Origin: Hormiphora californensis
Lineage: Eukaryota > Animalia > Ctenophora
Direction of reading: 5' to 3'
DNA: 64,000 nucleotides
Assembly (NCBI GenBank): GCA_020137815.1
Contig: CM035356.1
Span: 558,001-622,000, forward strand
The notes under the pieces were generated by a model that did no database searches, was not told where the DNA came from, and saw nothing but the letters and a program-made list of their open reading frames with translations. A program made the position numbers and the translations under genes. Below are positions 12,442 to 29,877 of this stretch, piece by piece; the first letter of the stretch is position 1, and the number at the start of each line of letters is the position of its first letter.

Positions 12442-14785
12442 GAGAGAGAGGGAGAGAGAGAGAGAGAGGGAGAGAGAGAAACTAAGGAACAGAGCCAAGG
12501 AGGGGAAACAGATGCAATTTTCACTAGTACCAAACAAAGGCTGTACTTATAACAATCGTGGTATGTACACATGTAATGATCTTCAACAAAGATCTATGTG
12601 TGTGTCTGTTCGTTTGTGTGTGTGTGTATTTGTGATACACGTTTTCAGAGACATTGGAGTGATTCACATGCAGGTTTAGGGATGGGGCTCTGTTCCTTAG
12701 TTTAGTTTCTCTATCTCTCGCTCTTCCTAAAAGTATCTATCTCAGTTTCCTAGCTAGAGATGACGGTTGCCTAGCTAGACCCTTCACCTCTTTCATGTGT
12801 CCCCGAACAAAACAAGGATGAGGGGTAAAAAGAGTGTATCTTAACGATCATCACCCTCCTCACGATGAAAATTGAGATTGTGTGTTCATTTTCGATGACA
12901 ATACATATAACGACCTTTCAAAACACTAGGCAAAATGAGGTTCTGTAATAACGCTTATAAGCTCTCACGTATATTATATACACGACCAGAGAGAGAGAGA
13001 GAGAGAGCACGAGAGTCATAACTGATTATACCAAAAGGAGAAGCAAGTAAGAGAGATAATGATATTATATGAAGTCTGAGAGAGATCGATGGAAAGAGAG
13101 GGAGAGAGAGGAGGGTATAGTGAGAGATAGATGGAACGAGAGGGAGAGAGGTGAGAGGGAGGGAGAGAAAGAGAGTGTGCGATTGAAATGATGCAAAGTG
13201 ATCGTGTATAATGCATTATTGCATTGCATAACGGACTGGCATATAATGCATATAAATTCCACCTGACAATATACCTAAAACTTTTCAGCTAGATGTTGGT
13301 GGCGCCGTCACCTCTCAACTCAGCCCGCTTGCGGGCTTCGTTTTGGTGTGCTACACGCGCGAGTTGTAAGGGTGACTGTGTCACCAAATACTTGATTATA
13401 TAACTAAATCTTACTTCGTAACAAACTTGAGGAATAGGTATACTATTGTGCATTCAACGTTGTTGCAATATACAGCTCGATAATGATACACAGCATGTGG
13501 ATTCTAAGCCCTGAATTATTATATAGCGTACCTACAGTTTGAAATTTGTTTGATAAACTGTACTACTATTATGAAGTACCCTGTACAGGTGTACAAAGAT
13601 GCCAAATACAACTCACTTCTACTAACATCTGTTTCTCCCCTCTCCCCATACATTCAGCAGCCGTCCCTTCCTCTACTATTTCCTACTATCTCTCTCCCCC
13701 ACGCCAGCTGTTCAGATGTGTCTAGTACTATGATGCCAGTAAATTAGGGGTATCGGTGACATTTTGATTACTCCATGAGTGACCCTTTGGGAGTTAGAGC
13801 GTTTACAAGACAGGGGCGGGTGTTACTGGTTGATTTATAGTGATCTGAATCTTATAGATTATATCTATGTGCCAAATTATTACGACTTTGGATGAAATCT
13901 CTTTTTCGCTGTCAGACCAATGCTGTTGTTCTAAACAGTAAACCTGTTGGTAAAGCATCTAAGAAGGGAGTCAGGGAGTGTTTCACTTTACAGTATCTGT
14001 CACATGTGAAGTGTGTCCCCTCTGCGCGATCTGCTGAGCGAACCCAGGCTCGACCTGGAGAACACCGACACGTGACCTTTTTGTGTGGGGACATGTGGCG
14101 AGAGGTGAATTCCTAGGGGCCGGCTGTTCGGTCTTACAGGGCAGCTAAGTGGGTCGGAATGTTGGGAGGTGCTAAACACACACACACACACATGTGAAGT
14201 GTTCCAACATGTCACCACTTACCCTCATGGCTCTACAGCTACCATGTATAAATATTTTCTTCATACAATTGAGCTCAGGAATTCAAAATTTGGATTCCCT
14301 TCGCTAATTCAAATGATGCCTAATCTTGATATGCTTGCGATATTAATTTAGTCAGATGTTTAGAACTCTGGTCGGTACCGGGCCTAATTTATCATTCCCC
14401 CAATAGATCCCAATGTGACAATATATAGGTGTACAGAATCCTGACCAAAGAAGCGGTATTGAAACGTGGGGAAATGTCCCTCGACTCTCGAGTCCAGACT
14501 GGCATATAATGATGTTTTCCCACGGCGTGATGGGACTACAGCCAACTGCACAGTACCTGAACACCTGAACAGTGAACAACACCGAATGCGGCTGAGACCT
14601 ATAATTTGTGCTAGCAAAGTAAGTATTTTACCCCCATGACACGAGATCTGCAGCTTGGTGTTAGTTCACTATAGATCTGCTGTCTGTGTATTCTAAATCA
14701 TTCTTGCAATTGAATTCCATCTTGTCAAGGACCACTTCATTTAAACTTCTAATTCTATAGGACACATTTCGGAATAGTTGAAATC

Positions 14786-17628
14786 ATGGCGTGCTGGACT
14801 AATAACTACCCTTGTATCGGAGGGTTGAGGACCTATGTGATTATCGTCAACGTATTCAATTCTGTAAGTTGTTCCACTATGCTGGCCTTTCTCCATTGAC
14901 TTTGCAGCTATATATTAGAACTAACCTATACTTCGTTCCCAGTTGCTAGGGGCGTGTTTTATAGTCCTGGGTGGTCTACTATTGTCTCAAGATGATGATT
15001 GTGAAACTGATTGCACTATCACGTAAGTTACAACTCATTAACCAATAACTCAATGTGGTAATGGTATCAGAGGTTGATAATGCAATGTCAAATTCAAATC
15101 TCGATTTACCGTGCAAAACCCCTTGCTCGGATCCGAAGAAGAGGTTTGACTAGTACACGGATGGTTCTGGAAAATGACCTCGAGATGTTTAGGAAAATGA
15201 AAATTTGTTGGTTGTTTTACCGTTCCGGAGCCAAACTCAAATTAGGGTTGCGTCTTGCATAAATTAAAATGATAATTTTATCAAATAGGAAGACAATCCC
15301 AGTATCCAGTAGCCACCCAATTAATATTCCATCCAAGGTAGTGATTTATCTGAAAGTAGATAGTTAGTCAGGCACTCAATGCAACACACTTTTTTAATTA
15401 TTTTCCGTTTTAGTAATCACTTACGTAAGTATCCAAGTTCGTTTTGGACCAGAATTTGACGCTGAACTTTTCCTTTGTACTTCCTACTTTATCGACAGAT
15501 AATCCTGAGTGCAGTTAAGGATCACTGCACCGTTGAAAATAACTGACAATAGTACTGACATTGCCCATGATGTTCATGCTCATGCTCCGAAACTTTTCAA
15601 ATTCTAGAGGCCTGGCAAACAACCCATCATGATATGGCACAAATTATGTATGTAAAACTATTATGTGTGTAAAACTATGTTTTGCAAATTAGTTTCAAAT
15701 CAAATATGTGACAATATATGGGTGACAAGTCCCGTATATTCACGAAACACTGCATTCTTTAATATTAGCTTACCTACCAGTTATAATTCCTTCATATTCA
15801 ACTATGTCCATGACATTGAGCGATACCACGATGTTAGGTTTATGCATAAAACCACACTCGGTCATATCAACTTCCACGGCGTATCCATACAGTACGTGGA
15901 GAGATTTGATTGGCTTCCACTTGGTGTGTCCATTATCAGACCCTGTACAGTGAAAAACGTGGTGAAACAAAGTTCAAAACTTGTACCCCTCTCGGGGGTC
16001 ACTAATTGTGGAATTTGTGTGTTCCACAATTTTATTGATTATAGAAAGATTACCTGTAGTCCCAGTGCAGATACGAGAACATGGTTCAGGTCTGCTGATA
16101 CCATCATTAGTACCAAGAATCATCAAATCCCCCTTTACTAGGGAGAGTAGCAGCAGGAAAATCATCAAATACACCATTTTAGTATTGTCCCATGGTATCA
16201 CTTTTTATAACTCTTTAGTAAAACAAAACGAGTTAGCACATCTTGAAATTCCCCTGCCTTTTGTTCTCCTGATTAACACCTGTCTACACATGTAGCAAAT
16301 GCGCTTGTGGTACAAAGTACTAAACACGGACAGCGTGCTACTAATAATCCCAACATGTCTACTTAGCTACTGTTTCAGACCGGGTCGACTCAGTATCTCC
16401 TTCTTCGCAGTCGGTCTCTACATTCTCATTCTCGGACTATCTGGGATCTTTGGAGCATGTCTACGTCTGAGAAACTGGGGCATCGTACTGGTAAGTTATC
16501 CAGGATAAAGTGCTATTATACACATGTCAAAATTTTATAGGATATCTGCATTCAATAGAATCCAATGTAACATGTTGCTATGGTGATAGAAGCGCTTCAT
16601 AGCAACATAGGAACAATATTTTCTTTTCAGCATATCTGGATGGCGGTGTTTGCACTGCTCATCCACCTGGTATATGGTGGAGGTCTTATCTACGCTGCTG
16701 AGATTGACAACCTGAACACTACCATCAGCAGTAACTTCTCCAAGGCTTATAGCAACTACGGAGATAGTCTGATCACCACTATTGGAATTGACATCGTCCA
16801 GGTTTGTTAAAAGAATCGTCCCCTCGGCCCTCTTCCTCCCTCTCATGCACTTCTCTCGATATTGTCTTGTAGTTGCATACTCCAAGCGTGCTGTTCCCAA
16901 GCACGAAATCACCGAGTTATAATGTTGCATCTTTAGGTCGATTATCGATACTCTACTATAAAGGGTATATTACGTTCTGACCTCTATGAATTATAGACCC
17001 TGAATAACCCCCGCCTGCAGGGTACATTCAGCTGTTGTGGAGGAGCCGGTAGTTCTGACTACACAACAGGAGGGGCTGCAACCTATTGGATTTCTAACAA
17101 ATCCGGTTACCCCTGTTCGTGTTGCTCCGGGTTTGCCTGTGATAACTCCACTACACCTACCAACCTTCACTCTTCGGTATGTTGGTTTCCTCTCTAGTTA
17201 GAACTTGTTTTGTTCACACTTTTACATTCTGATAACTAGACAAGTTTGAACGGCTCCCGTTTGAACTCAACCGGCTGGATCAGAGTGTCTCCGATGCATG
17301 TTTTTGTAGTCGATACCGTCGAATTCACGATCTAATCGTCGATGTTTCACTAACACCTACCGAAAGCCTTCCTCGGATTTGATTTTTCCTAATTGAAGTC
17401 TGAAACTAAATTACTATTCAGGGATGTACGAGCACGCTCGCTGCCTACTCAGGATCAGGACTCGATTGGACTGCGGTTATTATCGGGATACTGTTCCTTC
17501 TTTCCCTCCTGGATCTGATCATTAGCCTGATTATTATCAACAACAGAAAGACGGCATGTTGTGATGGGTGCTGCTGGTGTTGTGTCGCATACGCCAGCCC
17601 CCCTCCCGAGGGAGATAAACTTATCTAG
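14786..17628 (+). CDS. Tetraspanin, 6 coding exons
   Basis: Exons approx 14786-14863, 14943-15022, 16379-16490, 16631-16801, 17021-17176, 17422-17628 in phase; four TM segments; EC2 with Q..FSCCG, PCSCC and GC motifs. Confidence 0.9.
15281..16177 (-). CDS. Small secreted Cys-containing protein (~145 aa, H-type-lectin-like pattern), nested antisense in tetraspanin intron 2
   Basis: Exons 16177-16054, 15942-15778, 15504-15425, 15349-15281 with GT-AG sites and consistent phases; signal peptide MVYLMIFLLLLSLVKG; motifs CSRICTGTTG, VDMTECGFMHKPNIVVSLNVMD, FSVKFW, WNINWVATGY. Confidence 0.8.
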
Positions 17629-19077
17629 GGAGTTCTGTTTAGGGAGGACTGATCAGGAGGGAGATAAACTTATCTAGAGAGCTGTTTAGGGGAGGGAGAT
17701 CTAGAAAACTCTTTGGAGAAATATTATGTCTGGGACTTAGAAGCGTAGAAGTTGAATAGTGAGTGAAGTGAGTGATCTACTAGTCTAGGGAATAATCTTT
17801 TTTGTATCCGTTTGTAGTTTTCTGTCAATTCCGCCACTTTTAGACATTGTAATTTCACATTCCAGTTTTAACCTAAAATACGTCTTTCGTTCCTTTGTTC
17901 CCAAACCCGGTGGTGGTGAACTGGTGGAGGCCTGGCGGCTGGCACGGTATGGTTTAGTGGAGAGAATGATGGAGTTCAGTGTACATAATATGCTATTAAA
18001 TTATTCATTTACCAGAGAATCTGAACAAGTATAAAACAGGCTCTTATAGTGCAGACTCGATAATAGGCCATCAGTATACAGTATACACCATGACCCAGAT
18101 CTCTACCTGCTCCTACCTGTCTCTTCTTGTCATTAGTCGAGATCTATACACAAGCTGTTATCCCTGTCTAGATACCAATTATCTCGCTATATATCTTGTT
18201 ATTAGTGACTAAGAGCCCACATTTCGTGTCAAATGTTGCGAGCTAGTGTTGTTTACGAACTGGCATTTTATATCCTATGACCTACCTACATTCGTTTCAC
18301 CTGTCCCCATACTTTTACTCCTAAAAATATGATTAGGGCCTTCATGACTGATCTGTGAAGACAATGAGATGGCATTCACTACACAGCTGGTGCAGTTATA
18401 GAGGCTGTAGGTAATGAGGGGCTGCAAGTAATGAGGGGCTATCAAATGACTTCCATGAATGATATGGTGTGGTTCATGGCCCATGTGGTTCATAGTTCAA
18501 CAGCTGCTGATGTACTAGCTATAAAAATAGTTTTAGTTCTGGAAATTACAATGCCTGCTGTATGTGGTTTTCACTTGATTCGTTCGATCTTTCTTTTGCC
18601 ATGGATTAAATTTCTTCTCTTCCCTGTCATCCCCATCCCGCTGTCTGTATTATTGGATTTGTATTTTTGTAGGCACACATGATGGCGCCTGTCATACATG
18701 TTGTATTCTCTTCCCATTTCTTTTTCCTCTGATCTCTCCCGTTTCTTCCATAACACCCAACAAATTGAATCGTTTTTTTTTTCTTCATTTGATCATTGAT
18801 GTTTGATGAGAATCTTTTAAAACCTTGACCACCACTTTATTTTACATTATATTCTGGACTGGATTGCAATGAGCTCCCAATTAATGATGTGTTTACGTGT
18901 GATTAAATGTTCTTTAATCCTGTAATATACAAAAGGAACCGCATTAACGAGCGGTTCCTATTGTAGCAAATGCTTCATCATGTATGATGTATTCAAATCC
19001 CCGACGTTGTTTGTGAGGGGCTAGCACATGTTTGGCGTGAAGATTGGGTGTGAGCCCCCGTACCCACAAGGAGTCGC

Positions 19078-22440
<3,363 letters not shown>

Positions 22441-23969
22441 CATTTTGCATAATTATTCTGCATGCTGTCATCGCAAGTAAAGAGCTTTTCTCTAAACACT
22501 TCTTTTTGCAGTAGTGATTCTCGTTCCTTGTACCTCAATCGTGCGAATTTTCTTCCGTTACATAATTGAGACCCCGATATACCGGACACCCCGATTTACC
22601 AGGCAAAACACTTTCCCTCGAGCATCCCGGTATAACGTCTATTTTTTCACTCCACTGTCCCACAACACATACACATAGACTACCTGAAATTGTTCATTCT
22701 ATGTAGACTCCGGGTTAGAGATCAAGCAATCACTATTAGAATGAGTGCTGCAGAACTTACACACACCTATTGCTTCTCTATCTCGCATTGTATGTACTGT
22801 TCCTACTGCTTTCCGGGGTGTATGAACCATGTGAGAAGTCTGTACTATACCATGTAGGTATCAAAGGTACAGTCTGCTAAGCATACTGTATACATCATAT
22901 TGTCTGATGAGACACAGCTCAGTCTAGAGCCATTAGACACTGTACAGAGGAGTTGACCTGAATGAATTCTCTTTTGCGGGATAAACCACTTTGCTTTCTT
23001 TCAGAGTGTTAGGTTTTCTTGTGGTCTCCTCTCTTTTCTCTCTCTCTCTCTCTCTCTCCCTCTTTGCCGTGAATAAATGCACTTTCAGCAGCTTTTAAGC
23101 CGGAATAATAATCTCTAGATTACTGTCTGTAAAAGATAAAGGGAGGGTGAGGTGTGTAGTGAGGCGTGGGTCGAGCTCAGTTTACTGTTTTTACTGACAC
23201 AAAGAGTTCCACAGAATACACTGCTATCGACATGCTGTAGTAGTGTGTGTTATACACTGCATGTACAATACCGTGGTGGCATAGTACCGCATTTTATGTG
23301 CAGTATATACCCAGCAGCTGCAGTGTATGTTTCATCGTATATATGTAGAGCTGCAGGGAATACGTTACACCCTTGTTCAGTCATTGTACCCTCTAAAAAC
23401 TCCTCTAAAAACTCCTCCTCTCGGCCTATATTATAATTTGTGGCTGTGTATCAGGCTCGCAGCTATTATTATTATACAGCTTCTTTAGGCTTCATTCATG
23501 TCAACTATGACATTGAGTAGACGCACATTGCTTGGCCTTCACAATGGGCGCTTACATATTATACCTGTTGCCTGATGATATATAATCGGATATATCGTTG
23601 TTATATAATACGAACATGTCTCCTGAGTAGATCCACCGTACAGATAGCTATTTTGCCTTGTTGAGTAACAAATTGTGCTGTATAATTGTGGTATTATTTT
23701 CTACGTTATTTCAACTGAGTGGTTTTAACCAGCCCAATATCCTTTACCACTGCTTGCCACATACACACTTAGGACTACCGCAACTTTCGATCTATAATAT
23801 CACACGTTTCTTTTGGTCACGAATCACGAGGAACTGTATATTTTAGAGTGGCCGGCTTCGGAAACTTTGATAAACTTGTTGTCTATTGATGCTGTTTTGT
23901 GTTACACTTTTACCCGAAACTGGGGTTGATTGATCTGAGCACCCTTCTTTGCACTATCCCGCTGTGAAC

Positions 23970-24188
23970 TAAACAGCCCCCTATAACAGTTCTGTGTAGG
24001 CGCAGGTCGCTATACCCCCCCCCACTAAACACTAACAGTTCTGTGTAGAGGCGCAGGTCGCTATACCCCCCCACTAAACAGCCCCCTATAACAGTTCTGT
24101 GTAGGCGCAGGTCGCTATGGCCCGCTATGCCCCCCCCCCCCACTAAACACTAACAGTTCTGTGTAGAGGCGCAGGTCGCTATGGCCCG
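23970..24188 (+). repeat. Four-unit (A-B-A-B) tandem repeat of the ITPK1 acceptor/start region
   Basis: taacagttctgtgtag(a)ggcgcaggtcgctat occurs 4 times at ~50-65 bp spacing. Confidence 0.85.
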
Positions 24189-26602
24189 CAGGAAGGTGGG
24201 ATACTGGATGAGAGAGGGGAAGGCTAAAAGGATCAATATTAAACTTATCCAACAGATTCTCAATGAAAAACATCATTGTGGTAAGAGCTGAACTATTAGA
24301 ACTATCATTGTGCACAATGTGGTAATATGGGCTGAACTATTAGAGCTGTCAGTCTGGCGGTGCGATACCCTGTTTTGATTATCAAAAATGCGACAGCTTA
24401 CACATAGATCGGATCAGCGCTGAGCGTCGCCAGACAGTTTGTAATGTACATTCCCTCTCCATTGTGTAATGTGTGTCCCCATTGTGCTAACATGTTCCCC
24501 CCAACTAGACTTGGTAGAATTGGACCCAGATAATTTAGTTGAGGTGGAGGTAGTATTTCACAAGCTTACAGACCTGATATTTGATGCAAAACAGGGCAAA
24601 CTAGAATCCATACAGCATGTGAAAAACATCGAGGTACGTTATTTAGAAAAGCCGATCTTCTCAGGGAGTGGTATCGTTATTTTTGAACGATCAGGATATT
24701 TTTATCTGTTTCAACTTCTAGTTGTTGAGTAACTAACTCAACAAACTTCAAGTGTATCCATGAGAATACTTCCTAACCCCGCCCCTCTTTACAGGAGTAT
24801 TTTGACCGGATGTCAGGGCGGATAGAGATATTTGACCCCCTTCCCAACATCCAAGTTATAGTTGACAGAAAGACAATGATGGAAGCAATTCAGAAATGTA
24901 GCAACATGTGCGATCTAGGTAAAAACAGGGTATAAGCAGGGTATAAGATACTAACCAGGGACCAGGGACTTACATTGTTGTAGTCCGGGGGGGGGGGGAT
25001 TGAGTGATACAGGGTGGGCCATACAGTTATCTTTCATCGAAATATTTTTCACAATCATTACGTCTTGCTCCACAACTTATTCCCCATGTGTGCCACTACC
25101 CACGAAGATTGATATCTCTTTATACAACCCCCCTCACTTCAGATAAGAAGTTTTATAGTTCTGGGTATCTCTACGTAGAAGATGTCTCTACCCTGTCAAC
25201 CCAACTGACAGAGAGAGGATACACCTATCCCATGATGTGCAAGAGCCGCATTGCTCAGGGAGCCCAGGTATAAAACACTATCCCAATATTACCCCCATGA
25301 AGTTCATGTCATGTTCATGTCATGAGCATAAACTCTCCTTTTCCTTGGTGCTATATGATCATGTGCTATATGATCATGTGCTATATGATCATGTGCTATA
25401 TGATCATGTGCTATATGATCATGTGCTATATGATCATGTGCTATATGATCATGTGCTATATGATCATGTGCTATATGATCATGTGCTATATGATCATGTG
25501 CTATATGATCATGTGCTATATGATCATGTGCTATATGATCATGTGCTATATGATCATGTCTTTTGGAGAACCCAGACGGAGGAATTCTAACAAGACTCCA
25601 TCTTCTTAGGGCCACGATATGAGTCTGATACTGAACGAGAGAGGGCTTTCTACAGTGATAGAGAGTAACGTTATAGTACCATTCATACCACACAATGCAG
25701 GTAATAGTCTAAACTAGAGGGTGGTGTTACCATGTAATGGTAACCATAAAATTTCAGGTGAATATTGGAAAATGGAAGCATTTCATATGTTTCCATTTAA
25801 TATTTCCACAACATCTGACTCCCCTTTCAGTTCTATACAAGGTGTTTGTGTGTGGGGAACGACACAAGACTCTTGTTAGGCCCTCCATAACAGTCGAGAG
25901 ATTAGCTGGACAGGACAGCTATAACTTTCACAGTGATACCGTATCAAAGAATGTTAAAAGTGCACCCTCTCAAGTCCAACAGGTTGGTTCATGCAATTAC
26001 CTGGGAACCATGTTTCTTGTTTACCCTCTCCTAATATAAGGAGAAGAGTCTTCTTGTTCCACTTCCTGGCTGCTTGGTGAAACATATTTCCACTAAACTA
26101 TTTATAAGGCTAACACCCCTTCTTTCTTCCTCTCCTCCCCAATTACCAAATCCCCCCTCCTTGTACAGGACCTAACCTCCCTGATCCTCATTCCTTCACT
26201 TCCCCAATTACTAACTCCTCCCCTCTTGTTGTAGGACCTGTGTTGTATGGAGACAATGAACAAGGTATCAGATGTTAGTAACGAGCTACTGGACCACGTC
26301 TCGCACTGGTGTGAGGTCCTCAGCAAGGGACTGGTATGTGTGTTCAATATACTCGTTATTCACAACTCTTAGTTGTTACCCTTGCAGTTATCCCTATAAT
26401 AAAGTCTGCAGCTGATTGATCAAATTCCACTCCCCTCCAGGGCCTGTCTCTGTTTGGTTACGATGTTCTAGTGGAAGAAGGTTCAGGCAAGGCCTACATA
26501 GTGGACATCAATTACATGCCGGGATATGCTGGATTTGAGGATTTCCACGAAGTTCTCTGTGCCATGTTGGCAAGGTCGGCCCAGTCCAGTAGGGACACTT
26601 AG
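24181..26602 (+). CDS. ITPK1: Inositol-tetrakisphosphate 1-kinase (inositol 1,3,4-trisphosphate 5/6-kinase), 8 exons
   Basis: MARRKVGYW.., VFHKLTD, IFDPLPNI, YPMMCKSRIAQG, HDMSLI, FIPHNAVLYKVFV, RPS, LSLFGYD..., IVDINYMPGY motifs; exons approx 24181-24280, 24509-24633, 24795-24918, 25143-25267, 25610-25700, 25831-25982, 26236-26334, 26441-26602. Confidence 0.92.
25348..25557. repeat. 15-bp perfect tandem repeat (GTGCTATATGATCAT) x14 in an ITPK1 intron
   Basis: Directly visible; produces the YDHVL/HDHIA/CYMIM ORFs. Confidence 0.95.
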
Positions 26603-28568
26603 TTGGGTTGTGAGACTTGTTACATGTTGTCAGTGTTATAGTGCCGTATATGTATAACAGGGTCAATAATATTCATTCGCGTAGAATTTAACATTTATTT
26701 TATGTTTTTTGGGGAACACATTTGACTAAAATCATTGAATATTGAATCAGACATGTTATCTTCCGTGAGCGGTATAGCTATAATAAATGGAGAAGTTGAT
26801 ATAATTGCAGCTTAGGACACTGGACAGCTTAGGACAGACGGATAAATCTTTTGGTGATATGACTAAGATCCCATTGCTACACCAGCTTACCCATAAATTA
26901 CCCCTAAAACCCCAATACTAATATTCTGCCAGTATAACGCTGCTGTTTAACTAATATGACAGTATCACTTGTTGGGTTGAATAATTGTGAGTTTTTAATG
27001 ATGCTATTATCAGAGATAGGATAATTGAGAAACCGGGACAGTAATTTAACCATGTTTTGTTAGATTTATGGATGTGTTTCTGTCTACATAACTTCAGAAT
27101 TATTTCCTTTTACAGATAAATGCCATCTCTCATTTTGTGTTTGGGCAATGTGTGTCGCCAAATTAGGGTACCTGTGTGTGTGTGTGTGTGTGCCGTGTGG
27201 CCCCCGGTGTGTCACACTAATGACGAGGTGAGTGTGTGTAACGCGCGGCGTGTGTGATAAGGAACAAGTTGATTGGTGTCACACGCGCACCCGCCGATAT
27301 CGCCTTGAGACAACCCTCCGGCATGAAGTTGAAATTGCCGGAAGTAGAAGACCTGGCGGCGCCCTGTCAGGTGGTGCCGGGCCCCATTTTGATTCTCAGA
27401 TCATGTCGAGAGCAATGTTAAATGAACACTGATAATGGAGACTGTGAGAACGAGGGTAGGCTTGCTTCGATACTATCGATGGTCGTCTTATCTAGATCAG
27501 TTTCATCCCGGCTCTTTCCAGGGAGACTATATCGAGACACCGTTTACTGTTTACGAGTCTATACGGCGAAGCCAGACCCCGTTTTGATTCTCAGTGCCGG
27601 GTGCCTTCTAGTCGCGTCGGGTCGGCGCCGCCAGATTGGGTCAGCCCACTTTCAATCGCCAGGGGGTACTGCACCATATTGAACATTCCACCCCCACCAG
27701 TCCCTACAAAGTACTAAACACGTTATCTAAACTTCACATAACGAATCATTAGACACAACAAGTGCTATTATTGCAGTAGATCACAATACTCTCTCTGCCA
27801 GTACACACACACAAACACACAGAACTGGTGTGTTGTTTCTCACTGATATAAAATTTCACACTTACCCACAAGCACACTCAAGTTGGGGCATATTATCGCT
27901 ACAACTGGTGCACGAGTGGGCAGTAGATACCAAAAAACACCAAAAATCATTTTTTTCGACTATACAATATGAGATCTTTAAAGTTACCCTCACAAAAAGA
28001 AGTTGTCTAGCACTGTTATAAAGAGAGAAAAAACGATAATTTTATCACATTTTACTAGTTTTTAGTGCCTCTCTCTCACACAATTTCACTCTCTCACACA
28101 CTATTGAAACACATTGTATATTATATATCACTTGAACACTATACAGAATTTTAACCTCACACACTCACATAGTGATGGGACATGTTATATGTGCAGATAA
28201 ATATATATATATGCTTCTGGGCCGGGGAGCTACCACAACCCTTCACATTCCAACAACAACAAAAGACAAAATCATACCAATTACTGCTGGGTATTTATAT
28301 CCCCTCCCTTTTAATACACATAGGGCACATATGTTGTCTCTCTCATTCTCTCACTTGCACACACATTTCCAAAAAGTTAGAACATTTCGCGTAAAAAAGA
28401 TGGTACTGTATTCACTCTCTCTCACATCACGGGGAGCTGCCATCCGAGAGAGGAGAGGGCCCCTCACAGCACTCCCCTTCTCAAGTCAATACTCTCTCCC
28501 CGGGTCGATCTTTCTCTCTCGTTCCTGCACCATCCGCCCGCGGTCTCTCTCGCTCTCAGCCCGCGTCC

Positions 28569-29825
28569 CTAGCAACACCCGGGTCCGGAGGCCACTGGAC
28601 TTGACTTGTCGTTGATGATCACCGAATTGGTTGTGCTCGTTGGATTAACGGGAGGTCCCACCCTGAAAAGGATTTAGTATTTAGTTGGTCGTAAATCTAG
28701 TTAGATGAGGCAAATAGTGACAATAAATGTAGTTATATAGATCAATTATACCTCTTTGTAACTGTTTTTACATATATATAAAGTGGTGCAGTAATTACCT
28801 GTTTTTGATTTCCGAGGCCATGGTGAGAAAGGCACTCTCAACATTAGTAGCATCTTTAGCTGATGTTTCTAAAAAGGGAATCTCTAGCTGATCCGCGTAC
28901 TCCTGAGGATAACGAGAGAGAAGTTAGATACAGATCTATAGAGATAACGATAGAGAGGTTAGATAAAGAATAATAGGTTAGATGCAGAATAATAGAGATA
29001 GATTCAGAAAAGAAAATACCAAATCCTAAAAAACAAGACTATACCTTTGCCATGGTGTAATCGACGACTTTCTTGCTGGTCAGATCGCATTTGTTTCCCA
29101 CGAGCAACTTGTTCACCCCATCACAGGCATATCGATCGATCTCTTGCAGCCACTGCTTTACATTGTTAAACGTCTCCTGTGGCAAAGAATGGGAAATAGA
29201 GATGGGAAATAGAGATGACAGTGAAAGCTCCCCCACCAGGTTGCGCGCGGCTCCTCAACCTACGTACAAGATGTGAGCGCCTGGTGATGGACACTTTGTA
29301 TAACAGAACGTCGCGCGCGTGCTAGTCGTGAGGGCGTTATTGCAGAATTGTCCCGTTATCACTCGATTTTTTAGGATGACTTCACTGTGCTTACGGCAGT
29401 GGTATGGGGCACTCATCACAACTGTGTGCGTGTGAGTTAGAAAATGGAAGGCAAATAGTGGATTGAAAAGTATGGAAATGTGTGGCAGTTGATTTATTGT
29501 GACACAGCAGTGAATGGTTATGTGATGGAGGAGGAAATATATTCGCAGGATGGTAAAATTGAGGCATATTGCACACTCAATTCTCTCACTCTCTCACTCT
29601 CTCTATCTCTCTCTCACTTACTCTCTTTCACACACTCTCTCACTCGTGAACAGCAAAGCAGGTTTTACACACAAAACAAATAACGATAGGACAAGGAAAG
29701 AGGACACAGTTGTATAAACAGGGTATAAACAGCGGATAATATTTGCCATTTTTCGAACAGTGACATTCTAAAGAGTTTCACTTGGTCATAGAGATATACA
29801 TTGAGTTTACACACTCGGAGGTATA

Positions 29826-29877
<52 letters not shown>

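Noticed and set aside
15971-15976. In-frame TGA between ORFs 15974-16201 and 15770-15970 (possible selenocysteine or readthrough)
   Set aside because: It lies inside a canonical phase-1 intron (16053-15943, G|gtaatc...tgtacag|GG); splicing removes it.
25237-25693. YDHVL/HDHIA/CYMIM repeat proteins
   Set aside because: 15-bp tandem repeat inside an ITPK1 intron.
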